Assembly: GCA_008632985.1 (NCBI GenBank) | Contig: QPGO01000041.1 | Span: 186,001-250,000 of the forward strand | Source of the DNA: Psammoneis japonica | Taxonomy: Eukaryota | Direction of reading: 5' to 3' | DNA: 64,000 nt | Shown here: piece by piece, positions 51,394-63,134 of the stretch | Position numbering within the stretch: the first letter of the stretch is position 1 | How the letters are laid out: each line of letters opens with the position of its first letter | Position numbers and translations under genes: made by a program | The notes under the pieces: model-generated | What the model was told of the DNA's origin: nothing | Databases searched by the model: none | What the model saw: only the letters and a program-made list of their open reading frames with translations

Positions 51394-52494
51394 ATGATTC
51401 CAATTGATCAAGAACAGGAAAGACCTCCAGAAAGGCCTCCATCCAATCCACTGGATTGGGGTGGTATCGATGGTAGTAGCGACTTCGAAACACACAGCTT
51501 GGAAGGCGGCGTTGTAGCCTTTGAGGCCATTCCTCTTGATGAAACGACGACACCTTCCCATCAACCAGTAGGTCAAGTTGAAGTGCCACTGCCAGAAGAA
51601 CAAGGAGGAGCTCTGTCTTCATCTCTGAGCGAACAAAAGCGTTCCCCAAAAGAACTGCCACAACGAGAAACAAAACCTCCTGGAATGCCCAAACATGAAG
51701 GCGATGACGTTAACGTTCCATTTCGGGATGAAACCGAAGCAGCTCTTTCCCCATCCCTGAGTGGTCATAAGCGTTCTCCAAAAGACCTTCTACGACGAAA
51801 AAAGAAACCTCCTGGAATCCCCAAACGAGCTCTAACCGCGTACAATATTTTCTTTCAACGCGAAAGCGCAAAACTGACTGCAGAGCAGGACAAGAATAAG
51901 GTGGGCTTTGAAGCAATGGGTAAAATCATTGGACGGAAATGGAGAAGTTTGGATAAAGAAGAGAAGGAAACATACAAGAAGCTTGCAGCACAAGACTCTG
52001 AGCGGTATCGAAAAGAAATGCAGGCGTACAGTGAGATTCAACAAGCAAAGCAACACGAGGCGGCCGCCGCAACAGCGGGTTCCGACACGGCATCAGCACA
52101 AATCAATCGTGGCTATCAAAGCGAAGGCCCACAACAACAGGGATACCAACCAATACCACAACAACCACAATTCGTACCACAGTACACTGGTCCTGACATG
52201 TACTACTATCCAGCCGCACCACTGTCATTTCAGACAGAACAACAACAACAGCAGCAGCTTCCAGGTGTTGGGACGGCATCATCACCGTATTACCATCAAC
52301 CTACTGCACAATATCCGCAGCAAGGTAGTCCTCCCATTGGACCTGTGGTTGCACCAAGGACTCTACAACAAGGTCAAAATATAATAGTTCAAGATCAGAA
52401 CGGTGCGGCGAGACAGTATAGAGTAGACTACGCCGTAGTACGAATGACAAGAGAGCAAGCGGACAAGTACATTCGAGATGCAACCAGCAGATAG
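51394..52494 (+). CDS. HMG-box DNA-binding protein
   Basis: PKRALTAYNIFF...GFEAMGKIIGRKWRSL...Y...A..D.ERY..EM..Y; Gln/Pro-rich tail. Confidence 0.92.
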   Translation: MIPIDQEQERPPERPPSNPLDWGGIDGSSDFETHSLEGGVVAFEAIPLDETTTPSHQPVGQVEVPLPEEQGGALSSSLSEQKRSPKELPQRETKPPGMPKHEGDDVNVPFRDETEAALSPSLSGHKRSPKDLLRRKKKPPGIPKRALTAYNIFFQRESAKLTAEQDKNKVGFEAMGKIIGRKWRSLDKEEKETYKKLAAQDSERYRKEMQAYSEIQQAKQHEAAAATAGSDTASAQINRGYQSEGPQQQGYQPIPQQPQFVPQYTGPDMYYYPAAPLSFQTEQQQQQQLPGVGTASSPYYHQPTAQYPQQGSPPIGPVVAPRTLQQGQNIIVQDQNGAARQYRVDYAVVRMTREQADKYIRDATSR

Positions 52495-52715
52495 AATAGT
52501 GAGTCGTGTCTTGAATGGGACAATTCGAAAAGAGATTCAAGCTTTTATAAGAGGGGTGGGGAGCGTGATGTGTACAGGTACACTCGACGTATCGATTTCA
52601 TCAGGATTCCGGTGTTTTCGTGAACTTTCGTGTATCATTATAATTCACTAGACAAATCAGAAACTAGAGACCGAATCCTTTTTTCTGAATTCCAGCAGTC
52701 CCAAAACATATTCTT

Positions 52716-53605
52716 CTATGCACTTGCCTTGGCCGTGATTGATTTTGAAACTTCCTCGATATTGGCTTGTTGCGATTTCAATCTCCGTTCGAGGTATTCC
52801 AGCTTTTGCTGCAAATCCGCCTCTCGCTTGGTTTCACTCTCAATTTCCGTATCCAAATACTCGGCAATCTCATCCTTGGTTTGAAGCAAAAACATTTTTC
52901 CAATGCTTCGATAGGTATTGGTATGTTGGGACGACAGACCGTCCAATTCCTTTTTTGTAAATTCGTGAGCCTTGGCTTGACGATTGGCATGGGCAATGTT
53001 GTTCTTGACCAAATTGTATTCACGGCTCGTTTGTAACTGAGCTTGTTGCAAGTCATACAATTCTTGAGAAATGGATGGATCGACCGCCGCGGTGGCTGCA
53101 GCATTCTTGGGGGTAGTAGTCGATGATGCAGTCTTGGAGGTAAATGTGCTTTGCTTGCGTAACTGCCGAGCCTTTTTCAATAGCTTGAGCAGTGCATCAT
53201 TGTTGGGGTCCACCTGAAGTCCCTGTTTGATGGTATTAATAGCAGCGTCGTATGTTTTCAATTCAAGCTGCGCCGTGGCGACACGGTAATACCCCTTGAC
53301 AAAGGTAGGGTCGAGACGAATGCACTCCTTGGCATCCTTCAGGGCTTGGTCCCAATTTTCTAATCCACCGTGCGACGCGCTGCGATTGGAATAAAACACG
53401 TGATTGGACGGATCCAACTGAATGGCCTTGGTGTAGTGTTCAATAGCTGATTCATAGTTTTTGGAGGCAAAGGCGGAGTTTCCGAGACTGAACAAACGGG
53501 GAAAGATATAACACGGATCATGAAACATTGGCATTCTTAGATTGCACAGAAGTTCCTGTATAGAAAGACTTACGCTTTGTATTCTTCAGCTGTTGTTGCA
53601 CTCAT
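52716..53605 (-). CDS. TPR (HOP/STI1 TPR1-like) domain fused to a prefoldin beta (PFD1-like) domain; exons 53605-53574 and 53487-52716
   Basis: K..GN.AF..K.Y..AI..YT.AI.LDP.NHV.YSNRSA TPRs; C-terminal TYRSIGKMFL hairpin between coiled coils; in-frame intron. Confidence 0.9.
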
Positions 53606-54321
53606 AATGTGCTTGATACTGTTCTGCACTGTGTTTATAGATCCTAGGTCTCAGAGAGGATAGCGAGGTGCTATCGTGCAGCGTTTGGAGCTGTTGTTGG
53701 CTGTTGCTTCGTCGCTCGTCGCCGCCATTGTGAGTGGCGAATTAGATTTTTTCGTGTCAACATTCACGAATATTTTAATAATATTTTCATCTGCTCATAA
53801 CCCATTTTGAATTTACGAGGTGTTTCCCGCAAAAAAACAAACGAAAAATCAAATTCTTGCCGCCGAGCCGACATTAACAGCGCCGAGACGCCGCGAGAGC
53901 CGAACCGGCTAGCTAAGCTAGAGTCTACTACTAGCTGTTGGAAGTTGGAAGGGGAAAGTGTGGTTTGTTTTGCATTGTATTGCATAGATCGGATGGTGTG
54001 CAAATGATTCTCGTGATCTAAATGTTGTTACAGTTGAGACAAGAATGCCTCAACGGGCTTCCTCTCTAGAGTTTCCTACAGAGATGATGACACTGATTGC
54101 GAGACTTCAGAGGCGAATTTGTACAGAATGGATTTGCATACAATGCCTGAGGAGTAAGTGGCGACTTACCCCAACGCACAACAGTGCGGACATCTATTCA
54201 CATTTCCGCGAAAGCCTGCACCTTGTCCCGTCCAACTTTCGAAAAAACAGAAAACATGCATTGTGTGTGAACAATTTCACCACAAAGCAGGAAGAATGGA
54301 CTGGATCCTGAAGCACAGTCT

Positions 54322-56086
54322 TTAGAACAAGATTTGAATGGTACGCGCAATGGCACCTCCAAAGCGAAGGGTCAGCGTATCAAAGACACCGTCTGCAGCA
54401 CCAGGCACAAACAATGTGCAACTGTTGACGCCTGTATCTGGCGGGGTGCACTGAGTGGAATCAGTGTAGCCGTCAGTGCCCACAATTGACAGAGTAACCG
54501 TTTCGGTGACGCACGAGTATGTAGCTGTCGCACATAATTTTGAAATGGGGCAGGATCGAAGGGGCTCGTGGTAAATGAAATGACTTCAGGACCCTCATCT
54601 TGAGCAGAGCCTGAAAGCTGGATAGGAAAGGGTCCATCCGGTGAAGCTCCAGAACTGGTGGGACACTTATCCCTGGAACATTTGTGAATGCAAACAGATT
54701 GACAAAATTGGCCTCGAATGCAGGTTGGACGTTGATTTGGCTACAAAGAAAATCTGCAACACTCGGAGCTCCAGGTCCCGGAGAAGCGCCAATTGTCTGG
54801 CAAGCAACTTGAACGGCAGCAAATGCCGATTGACAGGCTGCAAATATTACAACATACTCCCCCGTTGGACCAAAAGCGATGACATCAATAGCAAGTGCAA
54901 TTGCATTGCAAATGGCGAGTTGTGCCGGAGCGTTGATGAGTGAAGTAGCTGTGCATGTGAGTCCGAGAGCACTTGCTGCAGTTTCACATATTGTCTGAAC
55001 TACTTCGGAAGCGACATCCTCAATAATCTGAGGGTACTCTGCTCGATAAATGCCGTTACCGGTGTGGTCCATAGAGTACACAGACTGATCTGTTTCACTC
55101 CCACCGACCAATTCAACTTGCAGGTAAGCTCTCGCTGTGGTTAATGGCTGCTCGCATTCCGTAAGTGTTAGCTCAGCAACACCTGTCTCGTCTAGCTTCC
55201 GATGCCCTTTTGTAGGAAGACTTGGTGTACCTTGCATTTTCCCACCTTCTGTTTCCTGATGTTTGGTCATGATACGCCGAGAAAGTGGCTTTCGTGGTTT
55301 TACATTGCTATTTGTCTGGAATCGACTGGCGGACATGGTCTGAGGTGGAAGGTTTTCCAAGTCAAAAAAGTCGTTGACTTGATACAGGCCATCAGCTGAT
55401 AAGTAGGCGATATTAAACGTTGTTTCAGAGGTCCACATGAGCTTGATGGATGTCCCGTCAAGTCCAACAATGCTTGTGGGCCTGTTGCTACTGTCGAATT
55501 CGATTTCTCCGAAGCTCTCGTCCTCGACGATCAATACAGATGAAATACTAATTACGTTTCCATCGTCATCTTTCTCACCACTGAAAACGAATTCAGTCTC
55601 CATGGTTTCAGTGAAAGCCTGGATTGCTCTTGTATCGTTTGGGTTGCCATAGAGAGTGAATCTGCCTGTGGTACGAGTTTTCAATTGTACATGGTGAATG
55701 CGGAATTCGTTTCTATCATCAAACGTTCATCGTTTTTGCAACTTACTGGGCTTATCTGCACCCTTCTTGCCCTTCTTTCCGGTGCTACTCTTACCCTTGC
55801 TGGTACTGCTCTTACCCTTGCTGGTGCTACTCTTACCCTTGCTGGTGCTACTCCTGCTAGTGCCACCCTTGCCCTTGCTGGTGCTGCTAGCCGTTGGTGC
55901 CTTGGTAATCTTTTCACTCTTTTTTTTCACCCTTCTTTCCTTTCCCGTGCTCGCCGCCAGCTCCATGGTTTCAATGGTAGAAACAGCTGCAGCAGCACCT
56001 TTGATGTTTTCGTCACCCGCAACACCAGTGGGACACAGGAAAACAGCCACAATGCAAAAGCGGACGGAAGAACTCAACAACCTCAT
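54322..56086 (-). CDS. Secreted protein of unknown function with SSTSKGK repeats; probable intron near 55745 and two apparent frameshifts near 54660 and 54530
   Basis: Signal peptide and 21-bp coding repeats, then a 403-aa ORF. Alternative frames continue DPAPFQNYV..SIVGTDGYT..CTLFVPGA to a stop at 54322. Intron acceptor not resolved. Confidence 0.6.
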
Positions 56087-57649
56087 GTCTCGTGTGTTTT
56101 TTGTGTTTCTCTTGTTGTGCTTTGTTTCTTACAAAATGTGCTCCTTCTTTCTTGCGTTTTCCTGCTTCTAGTCGTACATAGAGCAACGTTGAGAGAAAAT
56201 GCGTTTACTTTCAAATTTCAAAAATACATTATGGAGCATTGCGCATACTCGTCGTCGAGGATGAAAATGACACTGAAAAATTGCTTTATCATTTTCAGAG
56301 CTGATTTGAAAATTTGACCATTATTCAAGATTGTAGATCTTTATAATGTAATCAGGGAAAATGAAAAAAGATTTACACGAATGGGCCAGCATCACGGACG
56401 AATGGGCCCAGTGGGGCCCTGCGCAGACATGTTGTGTGATTAGGCTTGGGGTTTTAGGGGGGAGAATTTTTCAATAAAAGGGGGCATCCCCCAGATAAAA
56501 AAATCGGGGGCCCAGATTTTGGAAAGCACCAAGAATGGATGATCAAATGAACCTAAAAAGCTCCAACTGTTGGCACCCAGACTCACCTGTCATTGTGTGC
56601 AATGAACAGAGAGACAGTCTCATCTTGTCCGACAGATGAATTGTGGGAATGCCAGGGAAAGTGCCAAGATGGTGCCCAGCCCTCATCTCTTTCTTGTTGA
56701 CCGGCCTCGGTCACTTGAGCTTCAGAAATGGGGATGATTGCACACGGGCATGAGAAGAGCTGCTGCAGGCAGGTGGAAGCCACAGGTGGAAGTTGGCTCA
56801 TCACCAGATGATTTGTCTGCAACAGGGGTGTCTTCCGCCGTCGCATCTTTTTCATTCTCCTGTCTCGCTCAGTGCACTGCGTGCTGCGTCACCACAAGCA
56901 CCACACTTGCCACTTGCATGCATGCAATGTGCTCACAACCCATGTCTCCAGACAAAATAAACTGCCCCCTCCCGCTCCCCCTAAAAACCCCAACCCATGC
57001 ATGACAGACCCTTTGTTTCTTGGAGCCCACCCACAAAACAACGAAAAAGGGAAATTTGTGCAATCAAGCAGTGCCACATGAACACGAACACGGGATGGGT
57101 TTCATGTGGCAAATTTGATGGCCTCCTTGCAGATTCTGAACAGCATCTGTTGCCAGCACAACTTGCAAACCCGCCCCACTGCATTGGCCTGTGCTGTGGT
57201 CCGTGGTCACTTGGCAAGGGCAGCACCTGCCCCACGTGGCAGTGCTGAGCAGCAATGTGCACACAGCCCTTTGGGATGTCTCGACTCAGTGTTGGGGCAG
57301 GGGCAAGCCAGCAGCACCATCACCATCCTTCTGGCAGGGACATCCTGAGCTGATCTCTGAGATGAGGAAATCGTGGGGTGGTTTGAGCCTTCCCTCCAAC
57401 CAGCCTGCATTGCAGAGCACAACAACATGTGCCAAGTGGCAGCACTGCTCAAGACACAGCTTGAGATGCTTGTTCTTTTTCTCCTTTTTTGATCTGGCAA
57501 GACCTGCTCTGTCAGGTTTTTGATGGATGATGAGATGGTGCACCCGCCGGCTGCATGAGCCACTGGTGCCAAAATGTCTCCACACTTGCTTGCTGTCTTG
57601 CAACTTGTTGGCAGTTGTGTTCTGCTCTCTGTGCTCAAATGTTTTCTTG

Positions 57650-58520
57650 AAGAACTTTGGCATGTGTTTGCAACTCACCAGACAAATCAGAGACCAGAGA
57701 CTGAGCCCCATGTTTTCTCTTTAGCAGCTCCGGCAATCCCCAATGCATTTCTCTTTGTGCACGTGCACCTTGGCTGAACATGCCTTCAAAGCTTCCTCAA
57801 TGTTGGCTTGTTGCAAATTCAGTTTTTGTTTGAGGCACTCCAGCTTTTGCTGCAAGTCAAGCCCACCTTTTGTTTGCTTTGACTCTCAACTTCAGTGTCC
57901 AAATGCTTGAATTTTCTTCCTTGGTTGAAGCAAAAACATTTTTCCAATGCTGCAACAGATGTGTTGGTGTGCAGGGGGATGACAAACCATCCACCAACTT
58001 CTTTTTTTTTAATTCACAAGCCTTGGCTTGCCAGCTGTGTGGGCAATGTTGTTCTTGACCAAGTTGTGCTCACAACTTGTGCTTGCAGCTGAGCTTGTTG
58101 TGTGAGTCATCAGCTCTTGAGAAACGGATGGATTGACTGCTGTGGCAGTGGCTGACAGCCCTTGAAAAAGGTGGGGTCAAGGCAAGTGCACTGCTTGGCA
58201 TCCTTCAAGGCTTTGCCCCAATTTTCTGGCCCACTGCATGATGCACTTTGATTGGAACAAAATGCATGATTGGGTGGATCCTGCAGAACAGCCTTGGCAC
58301 AACATCCAATGGCTGACTTGCAGTTTTATGAGGCAAAGGCATTGTTTTCAAGACTGAGTCACCATGTTGAAAGACATGCGGGTGAGATCTTGAAACACTG
58401 GCACTCTCTTAGATCTCAGATTGCACCCACAAGCTCCTGCATGGGAAGGCTTGCACTTTGCACTCCAGCTGCTGTTGCACTCACAAATGCTTGATGATGT
58501 TCTGCAGTGTGTTTGCAGGT
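57650..58520 (-). pseudogene. Hypermutated, internally deleted copy of the TPR-prefoldin gene including its intron and flanks
   Basis: Aligns to about 52620-53640, lacking about 53100-53290. Confidence 0.92.
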
Positions 58521-59423
58521 CCAAGATCTCAAACAGGCTTGCCAAAATCAGAAATCCATCAAGCCCTGTCATCACTTCAGGAGGAAACCTGCCTGCATCA
58601 TGGCTTCTGCTTGTCAAAACAACACCCTGTTTGTGGCAACCAGTGACATTGTTGTGCCAAAAGTGGGGGAGGAATGTCTTCTCCTTCTGCAATGTGCCTC
58701 TGCTGCAAAGGCAAAGCATGCAGAGTTCTTGCTGTGTCCCAGTCAACACTGCTGCACATGACACCACTTCAGGGAGAGCTGTCAGTGACAGATGACACGG
58801 CCCTGGTTTGTTCTCAAAAGCTGCTCCGTGTCATCAAAATTTGACCCAGGACACCATTGGGGCAGTCAGTGGTGCAGGTGGTTTGGACATTGAGAAGCTC
58901 TTGTCTTGAGCATCTGCCATGTTTGCCAAAGACAAAACTCACAACATTTTTCAAAATGTTTCAATTTTGAACTGTCATGTGACATGGGCTGCTCTCTCAG
59001 CATTGAGATGTCCAATGATTGTGGATGAGTGAGAGCCCAACTTTGGCTGTTGGTGGAACCATTGCAAGTGACTTTGAAGACAGAAGGCAAGGAAACACCA
59101 GGTCTTCTGCAAAAGCAATTCTGGGTCTGTCTTTGACTCAATGCCGGCAACTTGGGCTCACGCTTGGTGCTCTTGCCAAAGTCACCTGCTGCGCACATGA
59201 GAATGGTTGATGCATTGTTGAAAAAAAACACAAGGACATCTGCATCAACAAAGAGAGGGGCTGTTGCTTGAACTCTTGAACTGCACAATTCATGACATCA
59301 AAAGTCACAGGGACCAAGCAGCAACAGCAACACTCTCAGGTGTGACTGATGGCAGCCCACTTGACCAAGAAGACATGCCCATGCTCAGATTTGTTTTGAT
59401 GGGATGGCAACCTTTGTAGACTG

Positions 59424-59680
59424 AGGTGTGGAGTGTTTCTCAGCCACCGCGGGCCAGATCTGACAGTCCATCTGTTGCACACTGTTGTCAAAAGCAAGAA
59501 ACTGGTTCAAGACCATGTCTTTCTTGACAATGTGCAAATGCCCATCTGTCAGCAGACCAGACATGAGGCACATCATGGGCCCACACTAGATGGGCTCATG
59601 GCAAATTTCTCTGGCTTCGCTCATTCCCTTTTCTGGACATGTGCTGCATTGCAGCTTGTGTCTGTTTTGGAAGCCTGACA
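59424..59680 (+). pseudogene. Possible degenerate TIR-domain coding relic
   Basis: RCGVFLSHRGPD (Y-x-VFLSHRGPD if TGT was TAT), followed at suitable spacing by VFLD. Confidence 0.45.
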
Positions 59681-61656
59681 TCCCAGAAACCAGCTGACCC
59701 TTTGTCTTTCAAAACAAGTGGCTCAGACACTCCACTGAGTTCTTCTTGACTGACAGGTTCATCAGATCATGTTGGTGTGAACATGAGGAGCTCTGCAAGC
59801 ATGCCAGACATTGCTGGCTGCAGCTGGTTTGTGGAGAATGTCCCATCAAGGTGAGTCATTCATTTGAGTGCTGCAAGTTGCAGCAATGGTGCTCTTTGCA
59901 TGTGTTGCAATGAAGCCAACTCCTCATGCCACACAGCAGGCTGCAAACAACAAGTCAACAGAAGACACCGCACTGTGAGCCTCACTGGTTTTTGCAATCT
60001 GGAGGAAATCTTGCGAACAAAGGTCAGCAAAGGCACATGTTGTTTTGTGGTGCTCCAGCACAAAACATCCAAGTGTGAAGATCACAGTGATTTGATGAGT
60101 TGCAGCCTCAAAGTCACCCCATTTTAGCTCCATTGGTTGCAGCATCTTTGACCAGGGGAGTGCTTCATTGCTGTTGCAACGCACATTGTGCAGGTCAGCC
60201 TGACAGCAGGTTTTTGCACTTTCTTGGATTGAAGCAATGGCTTTGTTCCTTGGAAAGCACACACCCAAAATCACTTCAGAAAGGCAGACAGATCATTCTT
60301 TGCCTGGAGATCAAGGAAAACCAACTGTCAAGAGGCTCTGGACACCAGGATTGTGGATTGAGTCTGCACCACATGCTGTGATGAGAGGCTGTGGCATGAG
60401 CAGTTTTTTGTCAATTGATGGTGGTGGGGTTAAAAAAGCTGAGGGAGCATGGAGCAGAAGGCGCCAGTCCAGAAAACAACAACTCTTTTTTTTTGACTTT
60501 TCAGACGTTGCTGCTCTGTGTTCTGACTGAAATCCAGGTGCTGGCAGATCACATGCCACGCAATTTCCAAAAATCTCTCCTCCAGTCTGCTCACAAACCC
60601 TTGGTCTGAGCCTGTTCACATGCACTGGGTGTTTTGTGGCAGCTGCAGAGATGCGCTCAAGCATCCAAGCTGCAAACTTGGAGCACGTGCCAACAAGTTG
60701 AGCTGACAAATTCTTGGAAACAGTCTGCTGCTCCCCATGGCAAGGCTCTCTGAATGTGGCCTGTCTTTGGCTCATTCTTGCAGTGTGGCCCAACAACAAT
60801 CCTGCAAGATTTGGTCCTTCAACAAGAGAAAGGGTGTGTGATCAAATCCACCCATTGTTGCACGAGTGGCCTCCTGGGACCAGACCAAGACAATCACCCT
60901 CTTGTTTGCCCTCATTCCAGCATTGACCTTGTCAGGGTGAGGTTGTTTTGAGCCTTCAGTGGTGAAGCACAGGTGCTGACTTCTCACAGATGCGCCCCAG
61001 ACACAGGTGGGAATCTGTGCGTGACACTGGGCCCGCGTGTGAGCTCCGCAGCAAATTTGTGTGGCAATGAAAATGCAAATGACCACCAATTTGCACAGGG
61101 GGGTCTTTTGGCCAATGTTGCATGGAGCCCTGCCCAGGGCCGGAGCACTGCTCTTTCGTGCGGCTGCTTCAGAGAGCGACGTGCCCATGCTCTCAACCCC
61201 ACACCAAGCAGCACAGACAAACAAATTTCCCGTTTCTGCAGTGCAGCACCGGAGCTGGCAGTGGCTTTTTTGTGCCACCCACTGCCTTTGTGAAGCCGCT
61301 GAGTTGAGGGGGGGGTGTCATTGCCCAGAGTTAGCCACCATCGCAAGTTGCAGCATGCGTTGCCAGGTCCAGTAAGTCTGTTATTTTCGTTTTTCGGACC
61401 TCGCAATGTAAGACGCTCATAACCCATTTACGAACGAACAATACGAGGTTTTCCCGCCAACTAAGGCTGAGATGAGCGCGCGGATAAAGGAAGTGGTCAG
61501 TCCCGCCTACTCGTGACTCAGTACTTTCCTACGGTGAAAATTGCGTAGAAATCCGAAGATGACAAAAACGGTCCGATAACTTCCGCTAACAATAATATCA
61601 ACTGCATGTAATGTACATTCAATGTTCTTTTATATGTGAATGAACCACTTTAAGCG

Positions 61657-62589
61657 TTACATGCAGTTATTTTGACGAATTGGAAGGTGCTCCGAACAAA
61701 AGACGAATCGTACGGAGCACCGTAGCTTTGTACGTAAAGTAGTAGAAACTTGTTGCGATTTCAATCTCCGTTCGAGGTATTCCAGCTTTTGCTGCAAATC
61801 CGCCTCTCTCTTGGTTTCACTCTCAATTTCCGTATCCAAATACTCGGCAATCTCATCCTTGGTTTGAAGCAAAAACATTTTTCCAATGCTACGATAGGTA
61901 TTGGTATGTTGGGACGACAGACCGTCCAGCTCCTTTTTTGTAAATTCGTGAGCCTTGGCTTGACGATTGGCGTGGGCAATGTTGTTCTTGACCAAATTGT
62001 ATTCACGGCTCGTTTGTAACTGAGCTTGTTGCAAGTCATACAATTCTTGAGAAATGGATGGATCGACCGCCGCGGTGGCTGCAGCATTCTTGGGGGTAGT
62101 AGTCGATGATGCAGTCTTGGAGGTAAATGTGCTTTGCTTGCGCAATTGCCGAGCCTTTTTCAATAGCTTGAGCAGTGCATCATTGTTGGGGTCCACCTGA
62201 AGTCCCTGTTTGATGGTATTAATAGCAGCGTCGTATGTTTTCAATTCAAGCTGCGCCGTGGCGACACGGTAATACCCCTTGACAAAGGTAGGGTCGAGAC
62301 GAATGCACTCCTTGGCGTCCTTCAGGGCTTGGTCCCAATTTTCTAATCCACCGTGCGACGCGCTGCGATTGGAATAAAACACGTGATTAGACGGATCCAA
62401 CTGAATGGCCTTGGTGTAGTGTTCAATAGCTGATTCATAGTTTTTTGAGGCAAAGGCGGAGTTTCCGAGACTGAACAAAACGGGGAAAGATACACGGATG
62501 AGATCATGAAGCATTCACATTCTTAGATTGCACAGAGGTTCCTATAGAAAGACTTACGCTTTGTACTCTTCCGCTGTGGTTGCGCTCAT
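61657..62589 (-). CDS. Near-identical second copy of the TPR-prefoldin gene with its last about 15 codons replaced (homology ends near 61749)
   Basis: Exon 2 protein identical to that of 52716-53605 up to LKSQQ; same intron position. Confidence 0.8.
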
Positions 62590-62824
62590 GATACAGTATG
62601 CTTGATGCTGTTCTGTTCTGTTCTGTGTTTATACGGATGTTAGTGGTGCTTTGAAACTCAAAAACTCGTTTGTCGCCTTCCGCCATGGCGCTCTCGAGCT
62701 CTCGCTCGAAGCACCGCGCGCATCTCTCTACTGGACTTTTACACCCATTCGTTCACGAATAGGAGTAATTTTTAAAAACAATTTTTGCTCATAACCCAAT
62801 TACGAGTTCCTCCCGCCAACAAAA

Positions 62825-63029
62825 TTGGGGGGCGTCTTTGGAAGTGAGATCGTCGAAGGCGGTCTGATCGCCAGTGCGTTTGGGGGTTTTCCCAGTACAT
62901 TTTGTACGCGCAAGAAAACACGTAGGATCTGTCCAGAGGTCCAATACCCAATCGCACTGATTGACAGACTGTTTAGTACAATTCTACGTAACTTTCTTCG
63001 ACAGTCTCACTTCCGAAGACGTCCCCCAA
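62825..63029. repeat. About 34-bp imperfect inverted repeats enclosing about 200 bp (MITE-like)
   Basis: TTGGGGGGCGTCTTTGGAAGTGAGATCGTCGAAG versus CTTCGACAGTCTCACTTCCGAAGACGTCCCCCAA; no clean TSD. Confidence 0.6.
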
Positions 63030-63134
63030 AATGCAAAAAAAGAATCCGTCAAAACTGCCGCAGCGCCTCAACGTTGCACGAGTAGCCCTTCATAAAACTT
63101 CTTGCCTTTCATATTCTATATTTCTCTCGCAACA

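Noticed and set aside
2900..61370. Classical RIP or CpG deamination as the sole explanation
   Set aside because: RIP raises TA; CpG decay is present but cannot turn Tyr codons into Cys/His or remove TA while CG stays.
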